Shown here in pieces: positions 9,229-18,461 of a DNA stretch of 64,000 nt. Within the stretch, counting starts at the first letter, position 1. Every line of letters begins with the position of its first letter. The notes beneath the pieces were generated by a model that was not told the DNA's origin, ran no database searches, and saw only the letters and a program-made list of their open reading frames with translations. A program made the translations under genes and the position numbers. The DNA lies in the IMG/VR virus record IMGVR_UViG_3300043410_000715, positions 25,711-89,710 of that record; one strand, written 5' to 3'. The stretch is from a virus. Lineage: Duplodnaviria; Heunggongvirae; Uroviricota; Caudoviricetes.

Positions 9229-9920
9229 TGAAAATAGGGTTTGATGTAATCAGCGATTTGAATCTATCCCCTGAGGATAGTTTCAATTGGGAGGGTAAAG
9301 CTACTAGTCTATACTGCATAATTGCAGGAAACATTAGTGACGAATTAAGAACGATTAGACAAACCCTACTTCATTTGTCAAAATTTTATCAAGGGGTATT
9401 TTATATCTCTGGATCTCTGGAATATAATAATGTAATTGACATAGATAAAAGAACTAGTGAATTACAGAAGATATGTAGAGGAGTAAAGAATACAGCGTAT
9501 CTACACCATCACGTTGTAATCATAGATGGTATAGCAATTGCAGGGGCAAACGGCTGGTACGGAAATACAGTACCTACAGATTTTGATTCTGAACAAGCAA
9601 TTGAAAACGCAAGACATGAGGATTTATCTTACCTCAAATCAACACTAGAAAGATTACAGAAACACTTGGACGTAAAAAGCGTTATCCTAGTTTCTAATAG
9701 TGTTCCAGGTCCAGTTCTGTATTTCGGTGAAGAGCCTGAAACAACAGTAACTCAACTTTCCCTAGACATGGTGTTACCAGTTGATACTGAAAAGAAAGTA
9801 ACACATTGGGTTTACGGGACGTATAGAAAAATAGTTGATACACATATCAACGGTATCAACTATATCAATAACTCTTATTTTGGAAGAAAGCCTTATTGGG
9901 CGAAACGAATAGAAGTTTAA
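9228..9920 (+). CDS. hypothetical protein, degenerate metallophosphoesterase-like
   Basis: 230 aa. TAATG coupling to the upstream gene. N-terminus (MKIGFDVISDLNL...IIAGNISDE) parallels the 2084-2935 phosphoesterase (MKVAVCSDLHLEF...ILSGDIMIAED) but has lost the His of DxH. Confidence 0.5.
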   Translation: MKIGFDVISDLNLSPEDSFNWEGKATSLYCIIAGNISDELRTIRQTLLHLSKFYQGVFYISGSLEYNNVIDIDKRTSELQKICRGVKNTAYLHHHVVIIDGIAIAGANGWYGNTVPTDFDSEQAIENARHEDLSYLKSTLERLQKHLDVKSVILVSNSVPGPVLYFGEEPETTVTQLSLDMVLPVDTEKKVTHWVYGTYRKIVDTHINGINYINNSYFGRKPYWAKRIEV

Positions 9921-10228
9921 CCTTCTGCTTCGATTTTGACTTGTAACGGATATCCCTGGCTACGTGCATCTAACGTAACTTCAATTCCCTTTTGTTCGGC
10001 AATTTCGTATGGTAGTACTGCAACGACCGCAGAACCCTGCTCGTGAATATTTACAGTGATATTCGAGGCTGTGTCTTCGGTGTAGTTGAAATAATCGATT
10101 AAGCTACCCACTACAAATTCCATACTAGTCACATCGTCATTCATATAAATGATTTTGTACAACGGTGGTTCTTGTAACGCTAGATTGGGTTTAATTTTGA
10201 TTTTTGTTTCTGTTTGCGTTTTAGACAT
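9917..10228 (-). CDS. clpS: ClpS-like ATP-dependent Clp protease adaptor
   Basis: 103 aa. The core PPLYKIIYMNDDVTSMEFVV...HEQGSAVVAVLPYEIAEQK aligns with bacterial ClpS ([20 protein letters not shown]...VH..G.A..G.....AE.K). Confidence 0.65.
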   Translation of the reverse strand: MSKTQTETKIKIKPNLALQEPPLYKIIYMNDDVTSMEFVVGSLIDYFNYTEDTASNITVNIHEQGSAVVAVLPYEIAEQKGIEVTLDARSQGYPLQVKIEAEG

Positions 10229-10253
10229 TTTAATATCACTTATCTAATAGTTG

Positions 10254-10282
10254 AAAAAGTGAGTAGCCTAACGACTACTCAC
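10254..10282 (-). terminator. rho-independent terminator downstream of hsp20
   Basis: Minus strand reads GTGAGTAG-tcgttagg-CTACTCAC followed by TTTTTCAA. 8-bp stem, located between 10293 (hsp20 stop) and 10228 (clpS start). Confidence 0.55.
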
Positions 10283-10292
10283 AGCTATTATA

Positions 10293-10730
10293 TTATTTAG
10301 TGTAATTAATAGCAATTGCTTTTGGCTTCTTTTCTTCTGGAACAACACGTTCTAGTTGAATAGTTAGAATGCCGTCTTTTTGTGAAGCATTGATAACTTC
10401 AACGTGCTCTGCTAGCGTAAACTCACGCACGAAATCACGTGTGCTAATACCCTTGTGTAGGTATTCGGCTACCAAGTCTTCCTTCTTCTGACCCTTAACA
10501 GTCAATACTCGGTTGTCAAGATTGACCTCAACTTCACCTTCACTGAAGCCAGATACAGCAATCTCAATATCGAAGGAGTCTTCGGTATTTTTGACGATGT
10601 TGTATGGGGGATAGTTTAGTGATTGTTGACTGTTTAATCGCATCAAATCGTCAAACATGTTATCGAAACCGATACCAAATTTGTGAATTGACGGAATGTC
10701 GAGGGAACGAAGGGATAGTGTTTTTGTCAT
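10293..10730 (-). CDS. small heat shock protein (Hsp20 / alpha-crystallin family, IbpA-like)
   Basis: 145 aa. Alpha-crystallin domain (FDIEIAVSGFSEGEVEVNLDNRVLTVKGQK...GILTIQLERVVPEE). GGAGAAAA Shine-Dalgarno. Confidence 0.85.
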   Translation of the reverse strand: MTKTLSLRSLDIPSIHKFGIGFDNMFDDLMRLNSQQSLNYPPYNIVKNTEDSFDIEIAVSGFSEGEVEVNLDNRVLTVKGQKKEDLVAEYLHKGISTRDFVREFTLAEHVEVINASQKDGILTIQLERVVPEEKKPKAIAINYTK

Positions 10731-10837
10731 TTGTTTTCTCCTTTAATAAGCAAGTATGACATGTTTCAGACCCGACCATCGGCATCTGAATACGTATTTA
10801 TTTTATAAAAAATACGCAAAAAAATCTAATATTTAGG

Positions 10838-11059
10838 TCAATATAGTTTCTTGGGCAAGCTCTGGTCACGCAAGTATTTTTGCCATCTACGCTTGGCTTG
10901 TCCTTTAGCAAGTTTTCGCTTGACAGTGGGTTTGACGAATTCTTGACGGTCGCGGACTTCCTGAATCAATCCTTGTTCAGTAATCTTCTTTTTGAATTTG
11001 CGTAATGCTTTTTCAACATTCCCGTCTTGTACTATTACTCGTCTACCCTTTATACTCAT
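10838..11059 (-). CDS. rpsU: ribosomal protein bS21 homologue
   Basis: 73 aa basic protein. ...VEKALRKFKKK...EVRDRQEFVKPTVKRK aligns with bacterial S21 (ALRRFKR...EVRRREFYEKPTTERKR). Overlaps the clpX stop as ATGA. Confidence 0.8.
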   Translation of the reverse strand: MSIKGRRVIVQDGNVEKALRKFKKKITEQGLIQEVRDRQEFVKPTVKRKLAKGQAKRRWQKYLRDQSLPKKLY

Positions 11060-12258
11060 ATCAATGCTTTTGGTTCTAAAACTTGCTCCTGATTAATATT
11101 TATCTTTTTGATTTTACTTTCACGATATTTCTGCAAATTGAACATATGGGGCATTAGGACCCTCTCGATTTCAGTGTGTAGACCACGGGCACCCGTTTTC
11201 AGTTTCAAGCAATTGTCAACAATCTGGCCAAGTCCGTCATCAGCAAACTCCAACTCAATTTCATCAATGCTGAACAGGTACTTGTATTGCTCAATGTAGT
11301 TGTTTTTCACATTGGTCAGGACATGTTTTAACTCGTCTTTGGACAGTTCTTTAATACTTACAGTAGTCGTGAATCTACCGATAAATTCAGGAATCATTCC
11401 AAATTTAGTTAGGTCGTCGGGGCTTACTTGTGCTAACTCACCCTCTTTGCGCTTATCTCTGATATTTGCCCCAAAGCCAATACTAGTTCCATGTTGTCTA
11501 TTTGTGATGATTTCCTTCAATCCAACGAATGCGCCACCAGCAATGAACAGAATATTCTTTGTGTTGATTTCTAGCATTTCACCACCTGGGTGTTTGCGAC
11601 CACCGCTTGCAGGAATACGACAGACTGTGCCCTCAACTAACTTGAGTAATGCTTGCTGAACGCCCTCACCCGACACGTCACGGGTAACGCTAGTTGATTC
11701 GCCCTTACGTGCAATTTTGTCAATCTCGTCAACAAACACAATTCCACGTTCTGCTAATTTAGCATCACCACCTGCGGCATTGACTAGCATACTAATCATT
11801 GATTCAACGTCATCACCTACATAACCAGCTTCGGTTAAACTTGTTGCGTCTGCTACGACAAAGGGCACCTTGAGATACTTGGCAACTGTCTTAGCAAGTA
11901 ATGTTTTACCACTACCAGTGGGCCCCACAATAAGAACATTACCCTTAGCTATTTCTAAGTCTTTGGGCGGGTGTGTGATTCGCTTATAGTGGTTAGCGAT
12001 AGCAACGCTCAATACAGTTTTAGCACTATCTTGTCCGATAACATGCTGGTCTAAGTACGCCTTGATAGCGATAGGGTCATACTTGACTTCTTCTTTCTTT
12101 TGGTCAGGATCGGCAACGGTAGCGTCATCTTCGATTAATTGTGTGCATAAATCGATACAGTCGCTACAAATAGCAACGTCCTCACCTACTATAAGTTTTT
12201 TAACTTTATCTTTATGATTTCCGCAAAATGAGCAATGGTTTAGTGATTCAAGTGACAT
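11056..12258 (-). CDS. clpX: ATP-dependent Clp protease ATP-binding subunit ClpX
   Basis: 400 aa. N-terminal C4 zinc-binding domain (CSFCGN...CSDC), Walker A GPTGSGKT, Walker B VFVDEIDK, and a ClpX-specific IGFG-type pore-2 loop (IGFGANI). Confidence 0.9.
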   Translation of the reverse strand: MSLESLNHCSFCGNHKDKVKKLIVGEDVAICSDCIDLCTQLIEDDATVADPDQKKEEVKYDPIAIKAYLDQHVIGQDSAKTVLSVAIANHYKRITHPPKDLEIAKGNVLIVGPTGSGKTLLAKTVAKYLKVPFVVADATSLTEAGYVGDDVESMISMLVNAAGGDAKLAERGIVFVDEIDKIARKGESTSVTRDVSGEGVQQALLKLVEGTVCRIPASGGRKHPGGEMLEINTKNILFIAGGAFVGLKEIITNRQHGTSIGFGANIRDKRKEGELAQVSPDDLTKFGMIPEFIGRFTTTVSIKELSKDELKHVLTNVKNNYIEQYKYLFSIDEIELEFADDGLGQIVDNCLKLKTGARGLHTEIERVLMPHMFNLQKYRESKIKKININQEQVLEPKALI

Positions 12259-12296
12259 ATTATTAATTTATCGTTTTTATTTTTTGTCAGTTATTT

Positions 12297-13274
12297 TTAG
12301 CACTTGATGCGTGGAACAACTGACACCTCTATGTTTCTAGATTTCTCTAATACTTGATTATACTCTGAATTGATAACTAATTGCAATATCCCCTCTTCTT
12401 TTGTGTTACCGTAAATCAATAAATTTCTAGGCTCACCCATAACATAAAATGTTGATTGTATCGGCCAGCAACCCTTGTACATAACTCGGTTGTCACTGTC
12501 TCGCAATGTCATCATCAATCTAATTTCACGATTGTCTGTCATCATACTTTTCATGTAGTCAAGTAATGGCACATCGTTGAATTTAAAATGTTTGCGTTCC
12601 CCTAATACAAAATCTTTGGGGTCTTTTGCCATGACGATAACATTACTAGGTGCTGGTTGCAAATAGCCAAATTTATTGTCTTGGATTAAGTTAAGTGCCT
12701 CGTTAAATGCAACGATGTAATCATAGTTCCAAGTTAGTTTATATGGAACTTGTAACACAATATTGCGATAGGCATTAACGCTCACGCTATAGTTTTTCTG
12801 TTGAACTATATAGGCAGACTCAGGATATGTCTTGAGTACTGAATTTAGTAATTTATCGCCACGTTGTTTTTGATCCATGAACGTGCGATAGTTTGTGTTG
12901 GCTCGGTCACCTTCGATTTGATTAGTAACTTTACCTGAGACTAGACGGTTGTTGACCAATTTACTGTCTGCAACCAAAACATCAAGTGTTATTTTGACTT
13001 TTCCATTTGTTCGTTCTACCGAAACAACTTTGTAATCGTCAACATAGCCTGCACTATAAACATTAATGTCATCACGTTCTAACTTACGCAATGAACTCTC
13101 ACGTTCACTAAGAACTACAGAACCTACACGTATCTGTACAGCTTCACGGAAGGCATTTTGTTTTGCTTGTTCTTGTGTTGCACCTTCACCGGTTACACGA
13201 ATATAACTATCGGTTTGTGTGCTTGCACAAGAAGTCAAGATTAAACATGCCACTATTGCTAGTAGCCGTAGCAT
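12297..13274 (-). CDS. lipoprotein (function unknown)
   Basis: 325 aa. Lipobox signal peptide MLRLLAIVACLILTSC. Confidence 0.6.
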   Translation of the reverse strand: MLRLLAIVACLILTSCASTQTDSYIRVTGEGATQEQAKQNAFREAVQIRVGSVVLSERESSLRKLERDDINVYSAGYVDDYKVVSVERTNGKVKITLDVLVADSKLVNNRLVSGKVTNQIEGDRANTNYRTFMDQKQRGDKLLNSVLKTYPESAYIVQQKNYSVSVNAYRNIVLQVPYKLTWNYDYIVAFNEALNLIQDNKFGYLQPAPSNVIVMAKDPKDFVLGERKHFKFNDVPLLDYMKSMMTDNREIRLMMTLRDSDNRVMYKGCWPIQSTFYVMGEPRNLLIYGNTKEEGILQLVINSEYNQVLEKSRNIEVSVVPRIKC

Positions 13275-13276
13275 GT

Positions 13277-13903
13277 TTAATTACCGAAACGTTTACGTAA
13301 TTGACTAGCAGTGCGGTCGCTATCCAAGTCCCAGCGAATAGTCACTGAAACTTCTTGTGGACCTGTTACTTCCTGCTTAATGACTCTAAAGCCACGCAAG
13401 ATACCCACAGCGTTTGCGCGGATAGTTTCTGTTACTTGATGGGCAGTGTCATTACTATTTTCACGGATAGCGTAGTTAGTATCCTTTTTAGCTTCGTCAT
13501 CGCTCATAGAAACACTGTCGCCTTCATTAATTTTAGTCTTAATGCGGTCGTTAGCTTTCTCTACGTTCTTTGCAATGGTGTTTGTAACACGTGAACTAGT
13601 GATTTCTTCTTGTAAGAAGTGACGAATGTTAGCACGTGCCCGCAAATCTGCACGTGTGAATGCAGTTTGACGGTTATTGATAGTGTTACCATTTGTAGGA
13701 GCAGTACCTACTGATTCAATGGAAACAATATTGCAATTTGATTTGTCGATTGTATACCACGCACAATCAGATTCAATTTTAATTCCTTCTGCCACAAATG
13801 AGGTAGAAAGTTTCTGATTGCGAATAGGCTCGTTGTCGTTGGTTTTGACAGTGCCGCAACCAACAAGCATTACCGTAGCAATACATGCGATAAGGGATTT
13901 CAT
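13277..13903 (-). CDS. lipoprotein, LPP20/FlgP-like size and signal (function unknown)
   Basis: 208 aa. Lipobox MKSLIACIATVMLVGC. Stop and start are 2 nt apart from the previous lipoprotein gene. Confidence 0.55.
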   Translation of the reverse strand: MKSLIACIATVMLVGCGTVKTNDNEPIRNQKLSTSFVAEGIKIESDCAWYTIDKSNCNIVSIESVGTAPTNGNTINNRQTAFTRADLRARANIRHFLQEEITSSRVTNTIAKNVEKANDRIKTKINEGDSVSMSDDEAKKDTNYAIRENSNDTAHQVTETIRANAVGILRGFRVIKQEVTGPQEVSVTIRWDLDSDRTASQLRKRFGN

Positions 13904-13957
13904 TTATTTCTCCGTTGAGTTAATGTTTATAGAGTGTAAAGCAAAACGGAAAAAAGA

Positions 13958-15523
13958 TCAACGCTTTTGGGTAAGATGCTGTTCTATTTCCGAACGTTCC
14001 TTGTCGGATAATAGGTCTATGTCGTACTGCCCATTTTCTATCATTTCGATAAGATATTTGATATATTCCTCATCGTGTAAATATGTGTCCGAAACCTGTT
14101 TGTTCACTTCAATCCAGCGTTTGCTGTCAAACTTGTAAACACGGTTTGGTAATACGTCAACACGAACGAAAGTATCACCTTTTTGTGCAACAGCAGGAAA
14201 TGCTGTTCCAAAATTAGTGTTAACTGATCTGCTAGAATCCGCAGTTAATTTGAATAACTCAGGATGCATTCCTTGCAATACATCTTTAGCCATGTGCTTA
14301 CCATCATAGACTACATAGCCGCCTTCTAGTTCTTTAAATGGTTTTTCTTTTGTAACACCTTCAGTTTGTATTTCAGTTGGAGCAGTTAGATAATCACCGG
14401 GACGTTCAATATCATCGATACCTGCGGCAAGTATTTTTTTGCCATCATCAGCTACTACTTCTGGCTCTGGCTCTGGTTCTTCTACGGGGGTTTCAACTAC
14501 ATCATCAATTGGTGTGGGTTCTGGTTGATAAACCATTGGTGTTGTGTTTTTAAAATGTGTGAATGGTTTAGTCAAATACGGATGCTTATCTAATATAGAT
14601 TCTTCTTTTGCGCTTTCTTGTATTTGCTCTAATTGGTCAGTTGTTAGTGGACCATCATCTGGTTCATATTTAGGTTCATCTTCTAATATAGTTTGAACTT
14701 CTTTTTCATGTTGAACTTTTTCACGTAGTTTGTTTTCTTCTTCAACATCATCGTTATCGTCCCAATCCTTACTTTGGTTAGCCGCAAGAACTAACGCAAT
14801 CGCAAGTGGATCGAACACCACAACTAACAAGATAATAACCCAACGAACAGCGGCTTCAAGCATGTTTTGGTCAGCATTGTCTCCATATATAAGAGCCGCA
14901 ATATATTTGATAGGACCTACTTCTGCTTCTACTTTACGATTCTCAGCCGCAATAGGAGCACGTTCTTCGTTTAGTTTACTGATTTCTTTTTGTGCGTTTG
15001 CAATATCATTTTGTAATAGAGTACGTTCTTTTGCTTGTTGTCTACGAATAGCAACAGCACGTTCTGCACCTTTATCATTGTCAGTTCGACCCAACATCTG
15101 GTCAACTTGTGCATCCATTTGTGTTAATGCTTTACGTGCAGTCTCAATGTTATCTTTTTGTGTCTTAATCTTTTCGTCATACAATGCAAGTTTGGCTTGA
15201 CTATCACCCGAAACAATACCTTGATCCATGTGTGCTTTTGATAGGAAACCAAAGATACCCATGCTTGTCAATAACGCAAGCAATACAACAGCGGGTACCA
15301 AGTACATCTTTAGTACCCAGCCACAACGATGCCAGTATTTACGTAACCAAACTGTCGTGGTGATTTTGCCTACTTCGAGGATAGAACCCATGACGATAAT
15401 AGGGATAACAGCTCCTGCAAAGATAGCAGTTAAGCCTATGATACTATAATAGGCAGCTACTGTACTCAATGACAGTGCTACCAATAAGGTAAGATTGGAA
15501 AGATTTATAATTTTTTTAAGCAT
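13958..15523 (-). CDS. integral membrane protein with long coiled-coil and acidic linker
   Basis: 521 aa. Three N-terminal TM helices, then about 120 aa of coiled coil. A fourth TM follows (WVIILLVVVFDPLAIALVLAA). Next comes a DD/EE-rich linker, and then a roughly 220-aa C-terminal domain. Confidence 0.6.
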   Translation of the reverse strand: MLKKIINLSNLTLLVALSLSTVAAYYSIIGLTAIFAGAVIPIIVMGSILEVGKITTTVWLRKYWHRCGWVLKMYLVPAVVLLALLTSMGIFGFLSKAHMDQGIVSGDSQAKLALYDEKIKTQKDNIETARKALTQMDAQVDQMLGRTDNDKGAERAVAIRRQQAKERTLLQNDIANAQKEISKLNEERAPIAAENRKVEAEVGPIKYIAALIYGDNADQNMLEAAVRWVIILLVVVFDPLAIALVLAANQSKDWDDNDDVEEENKLREKVQHEKEVQTILEDEPKYEPDDGPLTTDQLEQIQESAKEESILDKHPYLTKPFTHFKNTTPMVYQPEPTPIDDVVETPVEEPEPEPEVVADDGKKILAAGIDDIERPGDYLTAPTEIQTEGVTKEKPFKELEGGYVVYDGKHMAKDVLQGMHPELFKLTADSSRSVNTNFGTAFPAVAQKGDTFVRVDVLPNRVYKFDSKRWIEVNKQVSDTYLHDEEYIKYLIEMIENGQYDIDLLSDKERSEIEQHLTQKR

Positions 15524-15535
15524 AACATATATTTA

Positions 15536-16189
15536 TTAGGGTAGTAGTCCCTTATTTCTCTGTACATCTCCACGCATTCGGGCCATAAAATCTTGCCAGA
15601 ATTTACTGCTGTAAAACTCATAGAATTCTTTTTTAGCCCTATTTCTCGTATCATACCATTTCTTGTGTAAGATTGCGGCTTCATCATAATGATTTTCAAA
15701 ATCAAAAAAATCAACTATTTGTGTATAAAATTGCTTGTCTAACACCTCATTAAAAAACACATCTGATTTAATCACTAATTTATTTTCATCAATGACAATG
15801 AGTTTTGAAACCTTGCGGTCAAAATCTTTGAGAAAATTATAGTATAGATCATAGCTTCTTTTAGAAGAAAAGCAAGAAGTTAGGCAACTATAGTGTTCAA
15901 ATGGGATATTCCAATCATCATATGACAAGAACACTGACTTATATTCGGGTTTATCGTCTTTAGGTTCGTGTAGTATTTTAATGAATGATTCAAACTTATC
16001 ATCAAATCTCCATGTAGCTTCATACGGCAACCAATTATAAAAGGAACGCTGATCTGAATAGATTTTATTCAATACAAAATCTATTTTTTTATCCATGGAT
16101 AAATCGCTATCGATTGACTTATCTAAGTACAACAACCAACGCAAATGATTACCACCAGCACCACCTGGAAAAATAATGGCTCTACTCAT
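15536..16189 (-). CDS. hypothetical protein, member of a paralogous family with Gly-rich N-terminal loop (possible sulfotransferase-like fold)
   Basis: 217 aa. N-terminus AIIFPGGAGGNHLRWLL resembles a beta-strand / P-loop / helix start. Paralogues are at 16379-17128, 18462-19235 and 60118-60741. Confidence 0.5.
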   Translation of the reverse strand: MSRAIIFPGGAGGNHLRWLLYLDKSIDSDLSMDKKIDFVLNKIYSDQRSFYNWLPYEATWRFDDKFESFIKILHEPKDDKPEYKSVFLSYDDWNIPFEHYSCLTSCFSSKRSYDLYYNFLKDFDRKVSKLIVIDENKLVIKSDVFFNEVLDKQFYTQIVDFFDFENHYDEAAILHKKWYDTRNRAKKEFYEFYSSKFWQDFMARMRGDVQRNKGLLP

Positions 16190-16391
16190 TCTCTATGATT
16201 CCAAATAAATGCCCGAACGAGTTTACAAACTCATCTATGCCCATTACCAATTTACGAGGTAAATTAGGACCCTGTGATATTAAATATGTAACGAGAAACT
16301 TACCTCGGTTTTCATCTGTGAGTTTTATCTGTATGATTTCAATTTTACTGCCATCATCAAATGTGTATGATTTGCCTACTAAGTCGTGCAT
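16182..16391 (-). CDS. hypothetical small protein
   Basis: 69-aa ORF bridging two paralogue genes with short overlaps at both ends. Confidence 0.35.
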   Translation of the reverse strand: MHDLVGKSYTFDDGSKIEIIQIKLTDENRGKFLVTYLISQGPNLPRKLVMGIDEFVNSFGHLFGIIENE

Positions 16392-17128
16392 GTTATATCC
16401 ATTAATTTTTTGGGTAGATTTTGATACTGCAAATAACGGTCATAACTAGCAACTACATTTGCTGTGATGGTTTTACCAGTAATCTCACTTAATATATTTA
16501 AGATTTTTTCTTTGTTGTTTGTTATATCTGAAAAATTTATTCTATGAATTCTGTTTTGATATTGTTCTGGGATTGAACTTACAAAACTATCCCAATAGTC
16601 TGCTGAAAATTTCTTATTGAACTTGTTAATTCCATTATCCGTTTCCCAATATAATTCAATAAACTTTTTTAGTTCTTGGGAATCTAATTCTTTTAAATTA
16701 GCAATTTCTCTACTTAAAATATTTTTATTTTTTAGATAAAAAGCCCAATAGTAATTTGCAATGATTGGCTCGTCTTTGTAAAAGTTTTTGTAGATGTTTA
16801 ACACATCCACTGTTAACTTTTCTTCTGGTTCATATACAATATATAGTGCTTCCCAATCAGGATATACATTTGTAAATTTTTCAAACCCGATCAAATCTAA
16901 TGGAACACCCGAGACTAATCCAAAATTGTTATCAAATTGTAACTTTAAATAATTGTTTGGATATTCTTCATTTGCAATTTCGGTGATATCTAAAAACACT
17001 CGACCAGCAGTACCATATATAGGATCAATTTCTAGAATAGCTGTTGCATCGTCATTGAGCAGTAATCCCAATAAATCTGATATGAATGATCCACGTGACC
17101 CTTCTTGGTAGTTAACAATATAAATCAT
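16379..17128 (-). CDS. hypothetical protein, paralogue family (Gly-rich N-terminal loop)
   Basis: 249 aa. N-terminus IYIVNYQEGSRGSFISDLLGLL parallels the PRSGSTLL-type 5'-phosphosulfate-binding loop of sulfotransferases. Similarity is weak. Confidence 0.5.
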   Translation of the reverse strand: MIYIVNYQEGSRGSFISDLLGLLLNDDATAILEIDPIYGTAGRVFLDITEIANEEYPNNYLKLQFDNNFGLVSGVPLDLIGFEKFTNVYPDWEALYIVYEPEEKLTVDVLNIYKNFYKDEPIIANYYWAFYLKNKNILSREIANLKELDSQELKKFIELYWETDNGINKFNKKFSADYWDSFVSSIPEQYQNRIHRINFSDITNNKEKILNILSEITGKTITANVVASYDRYLQYQNLPKKLMDITCTT

Positions 17129-17850
17129 CTACTAATCGGGTTGAAAAATACTTTAGTAAAGTAATACAACAAATCAATATTGTATTTTGATGCAGAACCA
17201 AAGTTGGGATTACTAGGATCAATGTGATGATTTAAGTGTAAGTTCTCACCTGCAAAAATTGCATAGTTAGTCCATAGTGGCATGTTTACAGGTCCATTAT
17301 CGTCATGTGCATAGTAATTAAAAAATGATGAAAATACTATATCAGACAAGTTAAACAATGCAAAACTTAATAACGCAACTTGATAATCAATGATAAACAA
17401 TATCCCTAGATTGACAAAGTATAACAACCAATAATATTTGTTAACAAACATAACATCTGGTTTGCGTATGATATCTTTGATGGGTACAGTAAGTGAAATT
17501 TCATTATATTGCGATGTTAGCAATCTCCACAGTCCGATAGAGCGTGGATGGGGGTCTTTGTCTGTGTCAGAATATTTGTGGTGTGAACGATGCATCACAA
17601 CATAATCAACTGGCTTTGCTGTTCCCACAAAGACCATGGACCACAATAATACAATACGACCAAATATGTTGGGTTCTAGTTGTTTATGAGATAACCATCG
17701 ATGGTATCCTAAACCCGATAATCTACCTATGAATAAAAAGAAAATGAAATATGAAATGGCTTTTGCTAGTGTACCGTCATACATCAGTAATCCGATAACA
17801 CTAGCAATTGCAAAAAAGTAAAATCTTAACGTATACTTATTAATCCTCAT
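17125..17850 (-). CDS. membrane fatty-acid desaturase / hydroxylase family protein (His-box di-iron enzyme)
   Basis: 241 aa. Multiple TM segments. Three histidine boxes: HRWLSH, HRSHHKY, HLNHH. Confidence 0.6.
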   Translation of the reverse strand: MRINKYTLRFYFFAIASVIGLLMYDGTLAKAISYFIFFLFIGRLSGLGYHRWLSHKQLEPNIFGRIVLLWSMVFVGTAKPVDYVVMHRSHHKYSDTDKDPHPRSIGLWRLLTSQYNEISLTVPIKDIIRKPDVMFVNKYYWLLYFVNLGILFIIDYQVALLSFALFNLSDIVFSSFFNYYAHDDNGPVNMPLWTNYAIFAGENLHLNHHIDPSNPNFGSASKYNIDLLYYFTKVFFNPISR

Positions 17851-18403
17851 CCTCGCCAGCCGCCTCTAACTCAGCATCAAACTCAGCCATCAATTTGTTA
17901 TATCGTGCTTTTTCTTCTTTGCCGTGTTCTGTCATTTCAACATCACTGTCACACATTGGACAAACTTCTTTGTCATGGTGAGATTCTTCGTCACTGCTGT
18001 AATAATCTTCAATCACTGTACCATCTTCTCGGTAATACTGTGTAAGTGTTTCATATTTACCGCCCTGCCAACGACACTTCGTACATTTATGTGTTGGTTC
18101 TGGTTCCTTTTCAGGTTCTACCCAACTATCTTCATCACCCAACTCATAAGTAACATCATAACCGCCCTTGCGGTCAGTCCAGCAATCATCATATTGAAAG
18201 TCCCACTCAAGGTCAACATCATTGTCGTATGCGTCATTGATGACTTCCTCAAAGTCTACTTCACCATCTTCGATTTGTTTAAGCATGGTTGCAATTTCAT
18301 CTTCATCCAAATCAGGATAAATCTCACTCAACAATGCTTCATCAAGTTCAATAGCGTATTGGCGATCATGTTGATGCCATTCATGTTTAACGATTGTAAC
18401 CAT
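17840..18403 (-). CDS. acidic protein with zinc-ribbon (CxxC...CxxC)
   Basis: 187 aa. About 35% Asp/Glu. Motifs CTKCRWQ ... CPMCD. Confidence 0.5.
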   Translation of the reverse strand: MVTIVKHEWHQHDRQYAIELDEALLSEIYPDLDEDEIATMLKQIEDGEVDFEEVINDAYDNDVDLEWDFQYDDCWTDRKGGYDVTYELGDEDSWVEPEKEPEPTHKCTKCRWQGGKYETLTQYYREDGTVIEDYYSSDEESHHDKEVCPMCDSDVEMTEHGKEEKARYNKLMAEFDAELEAAGEDED

Positions 18404-18461
18404 AGTTTAAGCCCTCTGTATATTTAATAAATTGTAACAGTATTAATTCTAATAGCAATGT

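Noticed and set aside
10731-10837. Sigma32 heat-shock promoter upstream of hsp20
   Set aside because: No convincing CTTGAAA-N13-15-CCCCATNT match. Only AT-rich sequence with a TAAATA element.
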